From Octopus sinensis (lineage: Eukaryota), in contig NC_043007.1 of assembly GCF_006345805.1 (NCBI RefSeq), forward strand, positions 74,400,001-74,464,000: 64,000 nt of DNA, read 5' to 3'. The first letter of the stretch is position 1; each line of letters starts with the position of its first letter. Under the pieces are notes generated by a model, which did no database searches, was not told where the DNA came from, and worked only from the letters and a program-made list of their open reading frames with translations. The translations under genes and the position numbers were made by a program. Below are positions 13,222-26,630 of the stretch, in pieces.

Positions 13222-13580
13222 GAGGCAGCAAGCTGGCAGAATTGTTAGTATGCCGGGTGAAAGGTTTCGTGACATTTCATCTGTCTTAATGTTTTGAGTT
13301 CAAATTCTTCTTGGCTTTCCATCCATTTGAGGGTCGATGAAATAAATACCAGTTATGTACTAGGGTCAATATAATAATCTAGCCCCCTCCCCCAGATTTC
13401 GAGCCTTGCACATATAGTAGTAAGGGTTATTATTTTGCTGGAAAAAATGCATAGCAGCATTTCATCCATCTTAATGTTCTGAGTTCAAATTCTGCTGAGG
13501 TCGATTTTGCCTTTCATCCTTTCAGGATGAGTACTGGGGTTGATATAATCAACTGGTCTCCTAGCCCAAAATTATTATTA

Positions 13581-13615
<35 letters not shown>

Positions 13616-15002
13616 TTTGTCTTCTTTCCTTTCTGAGAATTGTGCTTCTTATGGCTTTATTTCTTGCGTGAATGAAATGTAGATTTTACAATTGTTTGAT
13701 ATTGTATGAAAGTTTTTTCCTACTGAGTACACAAATGCTAGATTCTTTAGTTTTGTAAAAATACATTAATTTTTATATCATCATCTTGAGGGCTGCCATG
13801 TATTAGTTGTATTGTTTTATCTAGCTGCTCTTTTTCTATATTCATTGGACTGACTCCTGTGCAGGTGGCACATAAAAAACACCATTTGAGCGTGGCCGTT
13901 GCCAGTACCGCCAGACTGGCCCTTGTGCCGGTGAAACGTAAAAGCACCCACTACATTCTCGGAGTGGTTGGCGTTAGGAAGGGCATCCAGCTGTAGAAAC
14001 TCTGCCAGATCAGATTGGAGCCTGGCACAGCCATTTGATTCGCCAGTCCTCAGTCAAATCGTCCAACCCATGCTAGCATGGAAAGTGGACGTTAAATGAT
14101 GATGATGATGATTGTCAATTGGTGCAGATGTGACTGTGTGGTTAATGAACGTAATTCATGTGAGTCCCACTGTGTGGCATCTTGAGCAAATGTCTTTTAC
14201 TATTGGCCTAGGCTGACCAGAGCCCTGTTAGTGGATATGGTAAATGAAAACTGAATGAAGCTCTTCATGTAAGTGTGTGTGTGCTGAGAGTGGGGTGTAC
14301 CCTTGTCTTGACATCACATGATGGTTATAAATGACCATTGCTGTCATACAAATGATGTTATTTGTTTCTAGTCTTGCTTGGAAACAGATGAAGGTTGGCA
14401 ATAAGAAGGCCATTTGGCCATAGGAAATCTGCCTCAATGTATTCCCTCTGACTCATGCAAGCATGAAAAAGTGGATGGTGAATCATGATGATGAGGAGGA
14501 GGATGATTATCAAATATGTGTCTATTTTGCTGGAATTCTACCTATCCAAAGGCAGGCATCATTTCTCATATATGAGTGTTGGTTTCTTTATCTAAATTTC
14601 TCACATACCTCACTTCTTTCAGAGTTTTACCTGTTTGGCAAGTGACTTCATGTAAGATTGTGAAATTGCATCATGTTAGTTTTGACAGATATTCAAAATT
14701 CATGTTTTTTTTGTTTTTTTTTTGTTATTTCATTGACTATTATGTCCTTATATGGCATGCTGTCAGAATTGTTAGAGCACTGGACAAAATGCTTAGCTGC
14801 ATTTCTTCTGGCTCTTTATATTCAGATTTCAAACTCCACCAAGGTCAACCTTGCTCTTCATCCTTTCGAGGGTCAATAAAATAAAATACAAATCGAGTAC
14901 TGGGGTTAATGTAATCTACTTGCCCTCCCACTTCAAAATTACTGACCGTATTACATAATTAGAATTATTATGTCTATTTTTCTATGCTAGCATGGGTTAG
15001 AC

Positions 15003-15098
15003 TGGTGGTTCCCAAAGTGAGTGGTCCTGCTCTCTTGGGGTAGGAGAAAGATCTGGTGGGAAAGGAGGCAGCAGCCTGAAGAAATTTGGGAACCACTG
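15003..15098. mobile_element. 96-bp hAT MITE
   Basis: TIR (tg)gtggttcccaaa / tttgggaaccactg with a perfect 8-bp TSD ggttagac (14995-15002, 15099-15106). Confidence 0.85.
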
Positions 15099-15829
15099 GG
15101 TTAGACAAACTTGTTGAGGCATTGTTTTACAAGTGAGATGTCCTTCCTGTCTCTAACACTTCCATATTAAAATTTATAAAAAGTTATATTAAGATTTGTT
15201 TTATTTTGTAGTAGTATGGATGTATTTTTAAGCATCAGTGGTATAAGGGTCAGTCATCAGGTCATTTGTAATATTTGACAAATGAGTTTGATACTTATTG
15301 TTATTCTCTATACTTCATTTAAAGTACAGGTATGGCTATGTGCATCCACACGGTTTCTGATTCTATCCCACTGCATGGCATTTTGGGCTAGTGTCTTATA
15401 CTGTAGCGCTGGAGTGACCAATGCCTTGTGAATTTGATTGACAGAAACTATGTGGAAGCCTATTGTGTATGTGTGTGTTTATTTGTTTGCCTCTCTTGAC
15501 AAGTATTGGTTTATTCATGTCCCCATAACTTAGCAATTTGATCAAAGAGACCAGTAGAATAAGTATTGACTTCAATTTGTTTAACTCTTTAATATTTAAA
15601 CCAGCCTTGTCCGGCCTAAGTATTCTACCAGTTTTATGTCCAAACTGATCAGATTTAGCCTCTCACACCTACTCCACATTGTCATTAAAAAAATAACCAA
15701 TCACATCATTGAAATCTCAAAGCTGCAAGGTTAATGCACAATTCAAAAGAATGTGGATAAATAGACATTATACTTGACTGAGTAATCTGAATGCTAAAGG
15801 GTTAACTTCAAGATGGTGTACCAGAGTGA

Positions 15830-17050
15830 TTGCAAAGACAAACTAATAAAAGAAAAAAGATGGTCCACACTACAGAACAATCCCTTCATAAGCTATTGAC
15901 CAGAGATCACCACAGTGTTCCACACTTCCCAGCTGTCGTTCCCTCTGGCAGTTCTGAGCTGCATTGATAGTACCAGGAAATATTCGAGTTTCTTTTTCTA
16001 TCCCGCATCTTAAGCATGTTTCTCTTGCCTCTCAGTCATCCATGCAGTTACCACACCAAGCCATTGAAGTAATTGTAACCACTCAAACTACACAGCACCC
16101 ATTTTGTTCTTTGCTCTTTTGCATTAGGCTTTCTTTTATATTTGTCTGCCATATCCAAAGTGATGCACTCTCGGCAGTTCACTAATCACTATTATCCTTC
16201 TCAAATCCTTACTGAACCACAACAGCTTATCTTTATTTGAAATATTGTATACTCATATTCTCAAACCACAGACAATTCCTTTAACCACACTGCCTACTTC
16301 CATACTTTTGACAATTCCCTTCATCTACCCAACCATATTATCTTCCTGAAGTACTTTTAACTCAATGATTAGAACATTTTTGTCAACTTGGACCAGGTTA
16401 GATGTCACTTTGTCATAGCCATGTAGCTTGGGAAACAAGTGCTTTCTCTGGTTCTGTATGCACTTCCGAGTCTATTGCATCATTTAGAAATCTGAATCTT
16501 GGTTTATTTTAGCTTATTTTGTTTATACATCGTTTTTTTCTCCCCTTCTTTGTGCAAAACAGCAAGATGCACCTTGGTGCTGACATACTTTAGGTGCATT
16601 ACTGTTTTAGTGCAGCATCAAGGATGTTCAGAACTGGGTTATTCTGACAGGATATACTGCAACAATGAATAGCTGCCTCTCTGATGACAGTAATATCCTT
16701 GTAGCCCCACCAATTAAGGTTGACTGGGGAGGGAAGCACAATTGTACATTAGTCTCAGGAGAAATCTTTCTTCATTCTCCACAATATGTCCCACACTAGA
16801 TTTCTTAAATCAGCTGTCTCCAATGCTAATCATATAATTAGTTTTCCACCCTTGTATTTGTTATACATTCTTCCTCTTCAGTCTCATTATTCCCCTGGTC
16901 ACAGTGTGTTGCCATATTATTATTCTGGTGAGATATTTCATTTGCTTTGCATCCTCCCACCTCAATCCATCCAGTGTGTCTTACACAACTCCTGTCATCT
17001 CTTTCATTTTCAAGTTGGACTCAGCCAACCTCAGCAATGTCCTTTCATCA
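15830..17050 (-). mobile_element. Highly decayed LINE remnant, possibly RTE endonuclease/linker region
   Basis: Non-simple sequence with scattered minus-strand peptides such as LLWFSKDLRRII, which resemble RTE linker motifs. Many stops. Confidence 0.3.
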
Positions 17051-18444
17051 CATTCCATTTCTTTTCTGTCAGCCATAAACAATAGTAAAGATGACAACCC
17101 ACACACAATAAGAGTAAACAAAAACCTCCTCTCCCTCTATTAAAGATGTTGAGAAGTTCAAAGTCATCATCATCATCATTTAACATCTGTTTTCCATGCG
17201 GGCATGGGTTGGATGGTTTGACAGGTTTCAGTAAGCCACAGGGCTGCATTGAGTTCCAGAGTCAGCTTTGGCATGGTTTCTATGGCTGGATATCTTTCAT
17301 AATGCTAAACATATTCCAGTTTATATTGGTAACTTTTTTCATACCACTGGCACTATTGAGATTGCCAGATGACTTGCAAGACAGGAAAAGAACAAGAAAA
17401 ATCGCTCTTGACTATGTCTGTCTGTTTGTGTGTGTGAGGGAGTGGTTTTATGTCAGGCGTTTAGGGGCTGAAGTATGGTGAAGGGAACATTCCAGGTGTC
17501 TTGTTACAGAGGAGATACCTGGCTGCCCCACATTATTCATGGGTGGATGGGAGTCACTAAGGCAGGTGATCTGTTGACTGGAGAAATGCCAGCAAAACAC
17601 TGTATGAATATCATGACATTTTAACAAGTGAGTGCCAGATGTACACAAACACACCCCACATGTACACAGCCTGTATGGTTCTCACAAGTTATTAATCTAC
17701 TTCTAGCTTCCTCACCAATCACCAGGTCACAGAACAAGGGACCCTGTTGAAGGATTTCTCCAGACTGTTGAATGTTAAAATTCAGTGGCTTACTTTTAGC
17801 TCGGTACTTCTCCTGTGTTGCCTACCATTGACTCTGTGTACTCCCTATCCTGAATATTCAGTACTGAATTCCTGTACCCTACATTCCTGCTTAATTTCCA
17901 GGCCGTTCCAAGGCCACTTCTAGATGGCTCTGATTTTTATGTTCTTTGTCATTGAAACTTGTTATTTACATTCTGTTATTTAAACTTTACCATGTTGACA
18001 TTTTCTATAGCTCTGTACATGTTCATATTGAAAAGCAAGAGAACTAGGATGTTAATATATCAAATTTTCCAAGGTGGTCTGGTTTAGAAGTTGTATCAAG
18101 AGAAAAAATACACTTTGTTTTGTGTGTCGTAATGAATCCCAGCTATAAATAGTTATACTCTGTGTATTATATTCCATACTCTGTGTACGTATTCCAGTTT
18201 CAATATAAGTGCCTTTGTATTCATAGGTGTTGTGAGACAATATTAGAAAACTTTTTAAATACTTTAGCTGGGGAAAATGGACATGCTGCATAGAGAAAAA
18301 CCCACCTAGTATTTTTAACACAGAATAACCTAAATATTCCAAATAAATGGCCTCCTCTATACAAAACTCAACTTTAAGTCTTTTAGCTAATTCAGATATT
18401 GCTTTTGCCTTATCTTAAAATTAGCCTCTCATTTTCATCTGGCT

Positions 18445-18822
18445 TCCATGCCGGTGGCACATAAAAAGCACCATTCAAACAGGATCGTTACCAACGTCAC
18501 CTCACTAGCATTTGTGCCAGGGGCACATGAAAAACATTCGAGCGAGGTCATTGCCAGTACCGCTGGACTGGCTCCTGTGCAGGTGGCACGTAAAAAACAC
18601 CACTTGAGCGTGGCCGTTGCCAGTACTGCCTGATTAGCCCTCGTGCCAGTGGCACATAAAAGCACCCACTACATTTTCAGAGTGGTTGGCGTTAGGAAGG
18701 GCATCCAGCTGTAGAAACTCTGCCAGATCAGATTGGAGCCTGGTGCAGCCATCTGGTTCGCCAGTCCTCAATCAAATCGTCCAACCCATGCTAGCATGGA
18801 AAGCGGACGTTAAAGATGATGA
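18445..18822 (+). mobile_element. RTE-type 3' UTR/tail element (family C) with internal tandem subrepeats (copies at ~1531, 4190, 13850, 17165, 23700, 26500, 38130, 50980, 51640, 56640 and 57170)
   Basis: Conserved end gagtggttggcgttaggaagggcatccagctgtagaaac...aacccatgctagcatggaaagcggacgttaa(a)(GAT)n, the same as the 3' end of the RTE LINE copies. Confidence 0.85.
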
Positions 18823-18832
18823 TTTTATATAT

Positions 18833-18905
<73 letters not shown>

Positions 18906-20629
18906 CTTTGCATCTGTTTGTTTCTTACCCCTTCCCTGCTGCTGCTTGACAACCTATGTTTGGTTTGTGTTTTTATTTCCTTAACTTAGTTCAGCAAAAG
19001 ATACCACACTAGGCTTTTACAAAAGAAAAAAATAATCAGTACTTGGATAGACTCATTCAACTAATGCTCCCTCAAGGCGGTGTCTCAGTACGGCTGCTGT
19101 CTAATAATTGAAACAAGTTTAAAGATAAATGATGAAATAATTTTGTGTACTTTGTTTATTTACTAAAGAATCTTTTTATCTCTTCTATAAAGCCAGATAT
19201 ATTTTTATAACATCTTGTAAACCTTAGGAAGTGAACAGTAAGACTGTTTATACATTAGAGAAAGTAGCAAAGCCAGTTTTTTATTGAATGAATTTGATTC
19301 TAATCAGCTCTTAATCCCCTTCTAAAGAAGTAGATTATTACTATAACAGAGATTGAGTTTCTCCCTTGGTTTCAACTGGAACATCTTGAATATTCTATCT
19401 TTTTACACTGACTGATAAAAATCCTCAGTAGAGTAGTAGTAGTAGTAGTAGTAGTATTTTGAGGAATGACTACGACTACTAGTAGTAGTGGAGCCATTAT
19501 GTATGCTATTGGCATGGTCTCAGCAATTGAAACTGATAAAAAATAAAATAAAAAAATAATGAAATAAAATGTGGAAAAAAAAAAAAAATGAGTCAACACA
19601 CACCGTGGCTTATCATCTCAGACTGCTTTAAATAGCAATACAGCATGCTGTTAGTGTAGTGCTCTGAAAAGTTCACTGCAACAGATAATGAGTAGTTATT
19701 GTTAAAGTATAAGGCGAGTGGCAGAGGGAGGAGATGAAAGACCTTGCTGCTGTTTCAGTTTATTAGTTATGAATCTCAATTAAACATGTTTTTTTTTCTT
19801 CTGATTCATTGCATGTCAAATATGTTTGTTTTTGAGCAAAAGGGTTATTGCATTGTATGTTTTGTTTCTTTTTGTCCCCCTTTCTCCTCCCCTCCTACCC
19901 CTGCGTCTCTCTCTCTCTGTTAGTGAAAGCATATTTTCATCTCAGGCAGTTGTTCCATCATCCCCATTAATGTATAACACAAAATGGAACATGAAAGATG
20001 AGTGTACGCCTAATTATATTCAATTAATTATGTTTATACACAGGCATTGCTATTTAAAAACATCTACAAATCTAGTTTCATTCAGTTAGGAATATTGGAA
20101 CAGGAATAGGTTCCTGTTGTTTTCAGTAACCTTTGACTTAGAATCAGTCCCATGTTTTTATCATCATCATCATCATCATGAAAGTGCTTAGCTGCATTTT
20201 GTCCGTCCTTATGATCTGAGTTCAAATTCCACCCAGGTTGACTTTACCTTTCATCCTTTCAGGGTCGATGAAACAAGTACCAGTTGAGCCCTGGGATCAA
20301 TATAACCGACCACCCCTCCATCCCCCAAATTTCAGGCCTTGTACCTACAGTAGAAAAGATTATTATTATTACTATCGAGGTTGTCTTTGCTTTTCATCCT
20401 TTCAGGGTCAATAAATTAAGTACCAGTGAAACACTGGGGTTGATGTAATCAACTAGTCCCCTCCACCCCAAATTTCAGGCCTTGTGCCTTTAGTAGAAAA
20501 GATTATTATTATGGTGATGAGTTTAGATTCTACCAAGGTTGACTTTGCTTCTCATCATCTTCAGGATTGATAAAATAAGTACCAGTCAAGCCCCCTAGGC
20601 CCCCTAGGAAAAATTGCAGGCTTTGCATA

Positions 20630-21740
20630 TCATCATCACCATCATCAGTATTGTTTAATGCCTGGTCTCCATACTGGCACAGGTTGGATGGTTTGACATG
20701 GAGCTGGCTAGCAGGGAACTGTCTGGACTCCAACTGTCTGTTGCAGTATGGTTTCTACCGCTAGATACTCTTCCTAATGCCCACCACTTAATTGTGTGTG
20801 CTGGGTGCTTTTTACGGTGCATTTATGCATTTACGCAGTGTCACAGGTGCATTTACACAACACTGGCATGGGTGCGTTAATGCAGCACTGGCACCTGAAA
20901 GGAAAAGCTTCTATGTGTGGAAGACGACAATTTTACTTAGCTTGACATGTCTTATCAAGTACAGCAAATCATCACATCTTCTGGTCCCTTTTCATTACCT
21001 CAGTGAGGCCCAGTGTCCAAAGATCCTTTCTCCCTGGGTCTACTCCTTCCACAGGTACCCTCCACAACTAGACAACTAGGGCTTGGTACTTCTTTATGCA
21101 GCTGTCCTCATCCATGCGCATCACATGACGAAACCAGCACACAAAATCTGATGCCCCTTATGCCCAGTTTTCTTCTTAAATCATTTTACATTCTGTCATG
21201 CTTGCATGCTGACATTAGTCATCCAGTGGAGCATGCTAGCTTCATTTCTTTCAAGCCTTTGCAAGTCCTCTGTAGTCAAAACCTATGCTTCACTGCCATG
21301 TAAGATAGCTCTATGTACACAAGCATCATACAATCTGCCTTTTACTCTAAGGGAGAGGCCCTTAGTTACCAACAAAGGTAAAAGCTCTCTGGACTTTGCC
21401 CAGCCTGTTTGTATCCTAGCAATTACACTTTCAGAACTCCTTCCCCTACTGCTAACTTGGTCCCCTAGGTAACAGAAGTTGTCTGCTACTTCTAATGATC
21501 CACCTGAGGAATTGAGGGAGCATATTGTCTGCCTATTTTTAGTGCTTGTTGTACCTGCACATTTGCCATACACAAAGACTATATTCTCCATTAACCTTTT
21601 GATACCACTGCACCTCTTTTGTGTTCAGACATCACCCGTCCAGCTGAGCATGTCAGCTTCATTTCTTTCAAGCCTTTGCAAGTCCTCTGTGATCAAAGCT
21701 CATATTTCACTGTCATGTAACATACCTGTATGTACACAGG
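20630..21740 (-). mobile_element. RTE LINE 3' fragment(s)
   Basis: ORF 21283-21591 (LEVADNFCYLGDQVSS...LRVKGRLYDACVHRAILHGSE) is homologous to the 6.9-7.3 kb copy. The same 3' UTR and (GAT)n tail are at ~20630. Confidence 0.85.
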
Positions 21741-22094
21741 AGCACCTATAGTAGAAAGGGTTATTATTAAGGTGGTGAGCTGGCAGAATCATTACCATAT
21801 CAGGGTTGACTTTTTCCTTTCATCCTTTTGGAGTCAATGAAGTGGGTACTAGTGAGCACTGGGAAGGAAGGGTCGATGTAATCAATTTCTTATCTCCACT
21901 CCAAATTGCTGGCCTTGTGCCCAAATTTAAAATTATTATCATTGTTATTTAAGGCCGTGAGCTGATAGAATTGTTACCGCACCAAGCAAAATGCTTAGTG
22001 CCATTTCATCTGTCATCACGTTCAAATTCCACCAAGGTCGACTTTACATTCAGGCCTTGTGCCTATAGTAGAAAGAATTATTATTATTATTGGA

Positions 22095-22470
22095 AGTGCT
22101 GTCTGATAGCAAAGTTTACTGAAAGGTGGGTAAATGTCGCAAGAATGGCCAGTATAAATGGACCAATTCTGAGGATACACCTGTAGTATAAAAAGGTATT
22201 ATAAAAGGAGAAAGGGGCTCTCTACCCCACTTTTGACCAGGCTCCCATGGCTTTTATGGGTTTTTCCATGAGTAACCTTTCGAAGCGCCTCCCCCTATTG
22301 CGAATTTCAATTGTTATATTTTCGTTGTTATCTCTGGAATTTTTACACGGTTTTTTGCATTTGGACAAAACCCTTTGTAACTTTCATTCTGTGTTTTGTC
22401 CCCTTATGTTTTAATTAATTTTTGTCAGCCCTTGTGGCCAATAAACAAATTAATTATTATTATTATTAAC
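22095..22470 (+). mobile_element. Tx1/L1-like LINE 3' end
   Basis: C-terminal peptide KFTERWVNVARMASINGPILRIHL* (end of ORF 21971-22186), a T-rich UTR, then gcccttgtggccaataaa and (ATT)n. Clade assignment is by recalled resemblance. Confidence 0.55.
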
Positions 22471-23134
22471 ATTGATGTAACTCCTCATGAAGGTAAAATA
22501 TACAATAAGAAGATTGCAATATGACCTGCAATAAAATTCAGATTGACTTTGTTTATTGAGCTGAACAATCAGAATTTTAACTGGACTGTCCTGCATTCCC
22601 CCACTAGTGGAAAAAGGTGTCAACCTACCCCTTCCTACTGAAATTGCTGATCTTGGGCCAAAATTTGAAACCATTACTATTATTAATAAGACGGCAAGCT
22701 GGTAGAATTGTAAGCATGGCAGGTGAAATGCTTATCAGTATTTTGTCTGTTGTTACGTTATGAATTCAAATTCCAGTGAGGTTGACTTTGCCTTTCATCT
22801 TTTCGGGGTCGATAAAATAAGTACCAGTTGAATAATTGATTAGCCCCCCTCCCCCAAATTCCAGGTCTTGTGCCTATAGTAGAAAGGATTATCATTATTA
22901 TTTTTATTATTAAGGCGGTGAGCTGGCAAAATCGTTAGCATGCTGGACGAAATGCTTAGCGGCATTTTGCCTCACTTTACATTCTGAGTTGAAATTCTAC
23001 CAAGGTTGACTTTGCCTTTCATCCTTTTGGGTTGATAAATTAAGTACCAGTTGAGTACTGGGGTTGATGTAATCAACGAGTCTCCTCCCCCAAAATTTCA
23101 GGCCTTGTGCCTATAATATTATTATTATTATCAT

Positions 23135-23445
23135 TCAGTAGTCTTATTTTTATCACATGCTTTCATCGCACTACCAAGCACATCTCTGTGTGCCTTGGTT
23201 ATGTGCTGTGGTTTGTTATGATGCTCTTATTGTTATTGTATTGAAAGTGTTTTACGTAGGATGTGTGCGGTGCCTAGTAGTGTTATTTTCTGTAATATAT
23301 ATTTGTTAGTCTTGGTGTTTTTGTTATTTATTTCTTTTATCATACCTAATGTGCCTATTATGATAAGAATTGTTTCAGTTTTTAGACTCCACATTCAAGT
23401 CACCTCTATTTCCAGGTCTCAGTATTTTGAAAATTTCTCCATTTC
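23135..23445 (-). mobile_element. R4/Dong-like (restriction-like endonuclease) LINE 3' end
   Basis: Minus-strand translation EKFSKY*DLEIEVT*MWSLKTETILIIIGTLGMIK ... LQKITLLGTAHILRKTLSIQ* matches the RLE C-terminal pattern. It ends in an (AAT)n tail. Confidence 0.85.
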
Positions 23446-26053
23446 TTTTTATTATTATTTTTATCATTGTCATCATCATTTCTGAGATATTTTGTGAGGA
23501 ACCTGTTCTTTTACTTTTTAAATTACCATCAAACAAAATATTCAAAAAATTACTTCAAAAATAGAAGTTATTTGTTCTTTTATCATAAAAAAAAATTACC
23601 AAATCACTATTTTATGTTTACTAGGTGCTTTACTTGTACCGTCAGCACTAGTGAGGTTACCAGGTTACTTGTGAGACAGAAGAAGGAAAAAGAAAAAGCC
23701 TCTTTGACTAACTAGTCGTGGTGGTGGGTATTTGGGAGACGGGTGTGGTTTTATGCCAGGTGTTGAAAGGTTAAGATATGATAGAGAGACAAATAGAGGT
23801 GCCACGCAGCTACCCCACATTTTATATGGTTGAGTAGGGGTAACTGTGAAGATAAGATGGTAGTGTTGGGGTGCCAGAGCAAATTGTCAAGGTACAAGAA
23901 GGTGAGTATAAAAGAGGATACAGACAGTGGATTTGTGGTGATGGTGGTGGTGGGGTTCCATAAGATTATGAGAGGAGAGAGATAGATAGTTGGAGATAGT
24001 TGGGGTTGGGGGTGGGGGGTGGCGAGTGATGAACAAAAGTGGAGCTGCAGTTGATGGGAAATAGCAGAATGAGGTGGGGATAAGGTGGGAGAGACAAGGA
24101 AGTAGGGGAATGATGTGCAAGATATAGGAGTGGTGAGGTGGGAGATGTACAGGTACATAGAGGTAGCTATAGTGGGTGGAGTGTGTTGGAAGATAGTTAA
24201 TCTTGTATGTAATGGTTTGGGTTGTATATTTGCAAACTCTGACCAAAATGTAGCCTTAAATTGGAGATTTACTATATAAATGTGAAAAAGATGATTTATT
24301 TAATTGCATATGCTTCTGTCTAAGCAGGCTATGGGGTTTGATTACCTCCTAATAATTATCAAAGCAGCAGTGAAAGTCAATCATTATTTAATTCTCGGAA
24401 AGAAACAAGCTGTATCATATTTCCTCTGTTTCATGAATAATTTACCTGTTGTCAGCCTACAATATTAGATCTAACTGTTCCAGATGACCTCTCCTTGAAT
24501 GACGACAACCTTGTACGTTGAGACGAGATGTACATGGAGGAGAGACACAAAATCATTTAGTCTTGATCAGCTCCTGATTTAACCAATATACTAGCAAGTC
24601 TTTGGCATATTTCTCCTCAGTATGGAATGATTTATTTACTTCAGTTGCTGAATTATTGATTCCACCCCCCACTCTTTCACCAGGCATAATGCCAATTGGC
24701 TATAAGCAAAGGGGGGTTATAAGTTGATTGAATTGATCCTAGAGTTATTTTGGTGTTCATTTTATTGTTCTCAGTTATAAAAGACTAAGTTAACTCAGGT
24801 GTGGTTTGAATTGTAAATGTAGTATGATGAATTGAAGTATGGTGTCTGACAGACATTGAATGAGTTTTTTTCTCACTTCCAAACATGTTCAATCATACTC
24901 AAGATAAAACTGACTGACAAAATTCTTCATCTTAATTAATTAGAAGTGCACTAAGCAATGCTGAATGAAATATAATTATGTACAATCATTATTGTAATAT
25001 GTTCACCCACATTCAGATATGGAAAGACAATACAATATGTTGTACAAGTTGTCTCAAGAGAAGTTCTCCTTAGAGATAATAGTCATCCATGGCCTAATGG
25101 TATGTTTACACTCATATTGTCTGTAAGGAGAATTTCTTCTCTTGAGACAACTTGTGCAGTATACAAACATGTTAGATGTGACTGTACATTACTATATTCA
25201 TCATCAAAGTATTTAACTAGCTGTCGTTTTGTGTTTTCTTTCTTTTTTTGTTTGTTTTTTCCTTTCTTGGTTGCATTTACACACCAGGCGAAATGCTTAA
25301 CGGTATTTCATCTGCCACTACGTTCTGAGTTCAAATTCCGCCGAAGTCAACTTTGCCTTTCATCCTTTTGGGGTCGATTAAATAAGTACCAGTTACGCAC
25401 TGGGGTCCATATAATCAACTTAATCCGTTTGTCTATCCTTGTTTGTCCTCTCTGTGTTTAGCCCCTTGTGGGTAGTAAAGAAATAGGTATTTTGTCTGTC
25501 TTTACATTCTGCGATCAAATTTCGCCGAGGTCGATAAATTAAGTACCAGTTGCGTACTGGGGTCGATCTAATCAACTGGCCCCCTCCCCCAAAATTTGTG
25601 CCTAGAGTAGAAAAAAATTAGTAGACTTTGTTCTTATGAACAACATATTTTTACAGGAAGAAAAACAAAAAAAAACATTAAAAATATAAAAGATAAAATT
25701 ATTGGGAACCCCTACCCTATAACTATCTCACCAAGGGAACAAAGAAAAAAAAAATGGAGGTAGATTAACTAGCAGAAGGTGGTGGGGAATCAAAACAACA
25801 AACATCATGCTGTAGTTCCCTTTCTGTGTAGTCAAAAATTTCTTCAGTAGTTCTTGTTCTTATGAACACCTCCTACATGTCTTTTTTTTCCTCCATAGTC
25901 AGCAAACTGTATCTTGCTTCCCAGATCTGAGAACAGAATACTTTTCTCTGTCATCTGTCTGTAGAAAATTACATCTTTTTAAACTACCTTGGCCCCACAT
26001 CCTTTGCAACATTTTTTTGGCAATTATCCATAACGTAAGTATTTTATTTCACA

Positions 26054-26459
26054 GGCACAGGAGTGGCTGTCTGGTAAGTAGCTTGCTTACCAACCACATG
26101 GTTCCGGGTTCAGTCGCACTGCATGGCACCTTGGGCAAGTGTCTTCTGCTATAGCCTCAGGCTGACCAAAGCCTTGTGAGTGGATTTGGTAGACGGAAAC
26201 TGAAAGAAGCCTGTTGTATATATGTATATATATATGTATGCATGTGTGTTTGTGTGTCTGTGTTTGTCCCCCCAACATCACTTGACAACCGATGCTGGTG
26301 TGTTTATGCCCCCGTAACTTAGTGGTTCGGCAAAAGAGACCGATAGAATAAATACTAGGCTTCCGAAGAATAAGTCCTGGGGTTGATTTGCTCGACTAAA
26401 GGCGGTGCTCCAGCATGGCCACAGTCAAATGACTGAAACAAGTAAAAGAGTAAAAGAGA
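26054..26459 (+). mobile_element. SINE family A, full-length
   Basis: Head ggcacaggagtggctg, CORE-like motif, tail gaaacaagtaaaagagtaaaagag. Confidence 0.92.
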
Positions 26460-26594
26460 ACCACCCAACTCTTATTCATGAGAATTGTTCTTCTTTGTTC
26501 ATTATCTTCATTATCATTTAATGTCCACTTTTCCATGCTTGCATGAGTCAGATAGAATTTGTTGAGGCAGGTCTTCTATGACCAGATGATATAT

Positions 26595-26630
<36 letters not shown>

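Noticed and set aside
18447-18665. CRISPR-like array (palindromic repeat with variable spacers); also 26643-26740 and 56961-57165
   Set aside because: The spacers are homologous to each other, the arrays sit inside retroelement 3' UTRs, there are no cas genes or leader, and the context is eukaryotic.
19826-20089. Exon after the long pyrimidine tract ending tgttag at 19923
   Set aside because: No convincing donor downstream and no homology. It could still be a UTR exon but is unsupported.
23751-24246. Long minus-strand ORFs (135 and 119 aa) and G-rich runs
   Set aside because: A low-complexity purine-rich extension of the family C repeat. The peptides have no motif, and the G-runs fall short of a canonical four-tract quadruplex.
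24441-24560. Antisense exon ending at a minus-strand CAG|GTAAAT donor
   Set aside because: All three minus-strand frames contain stops, and no partner exons were found.
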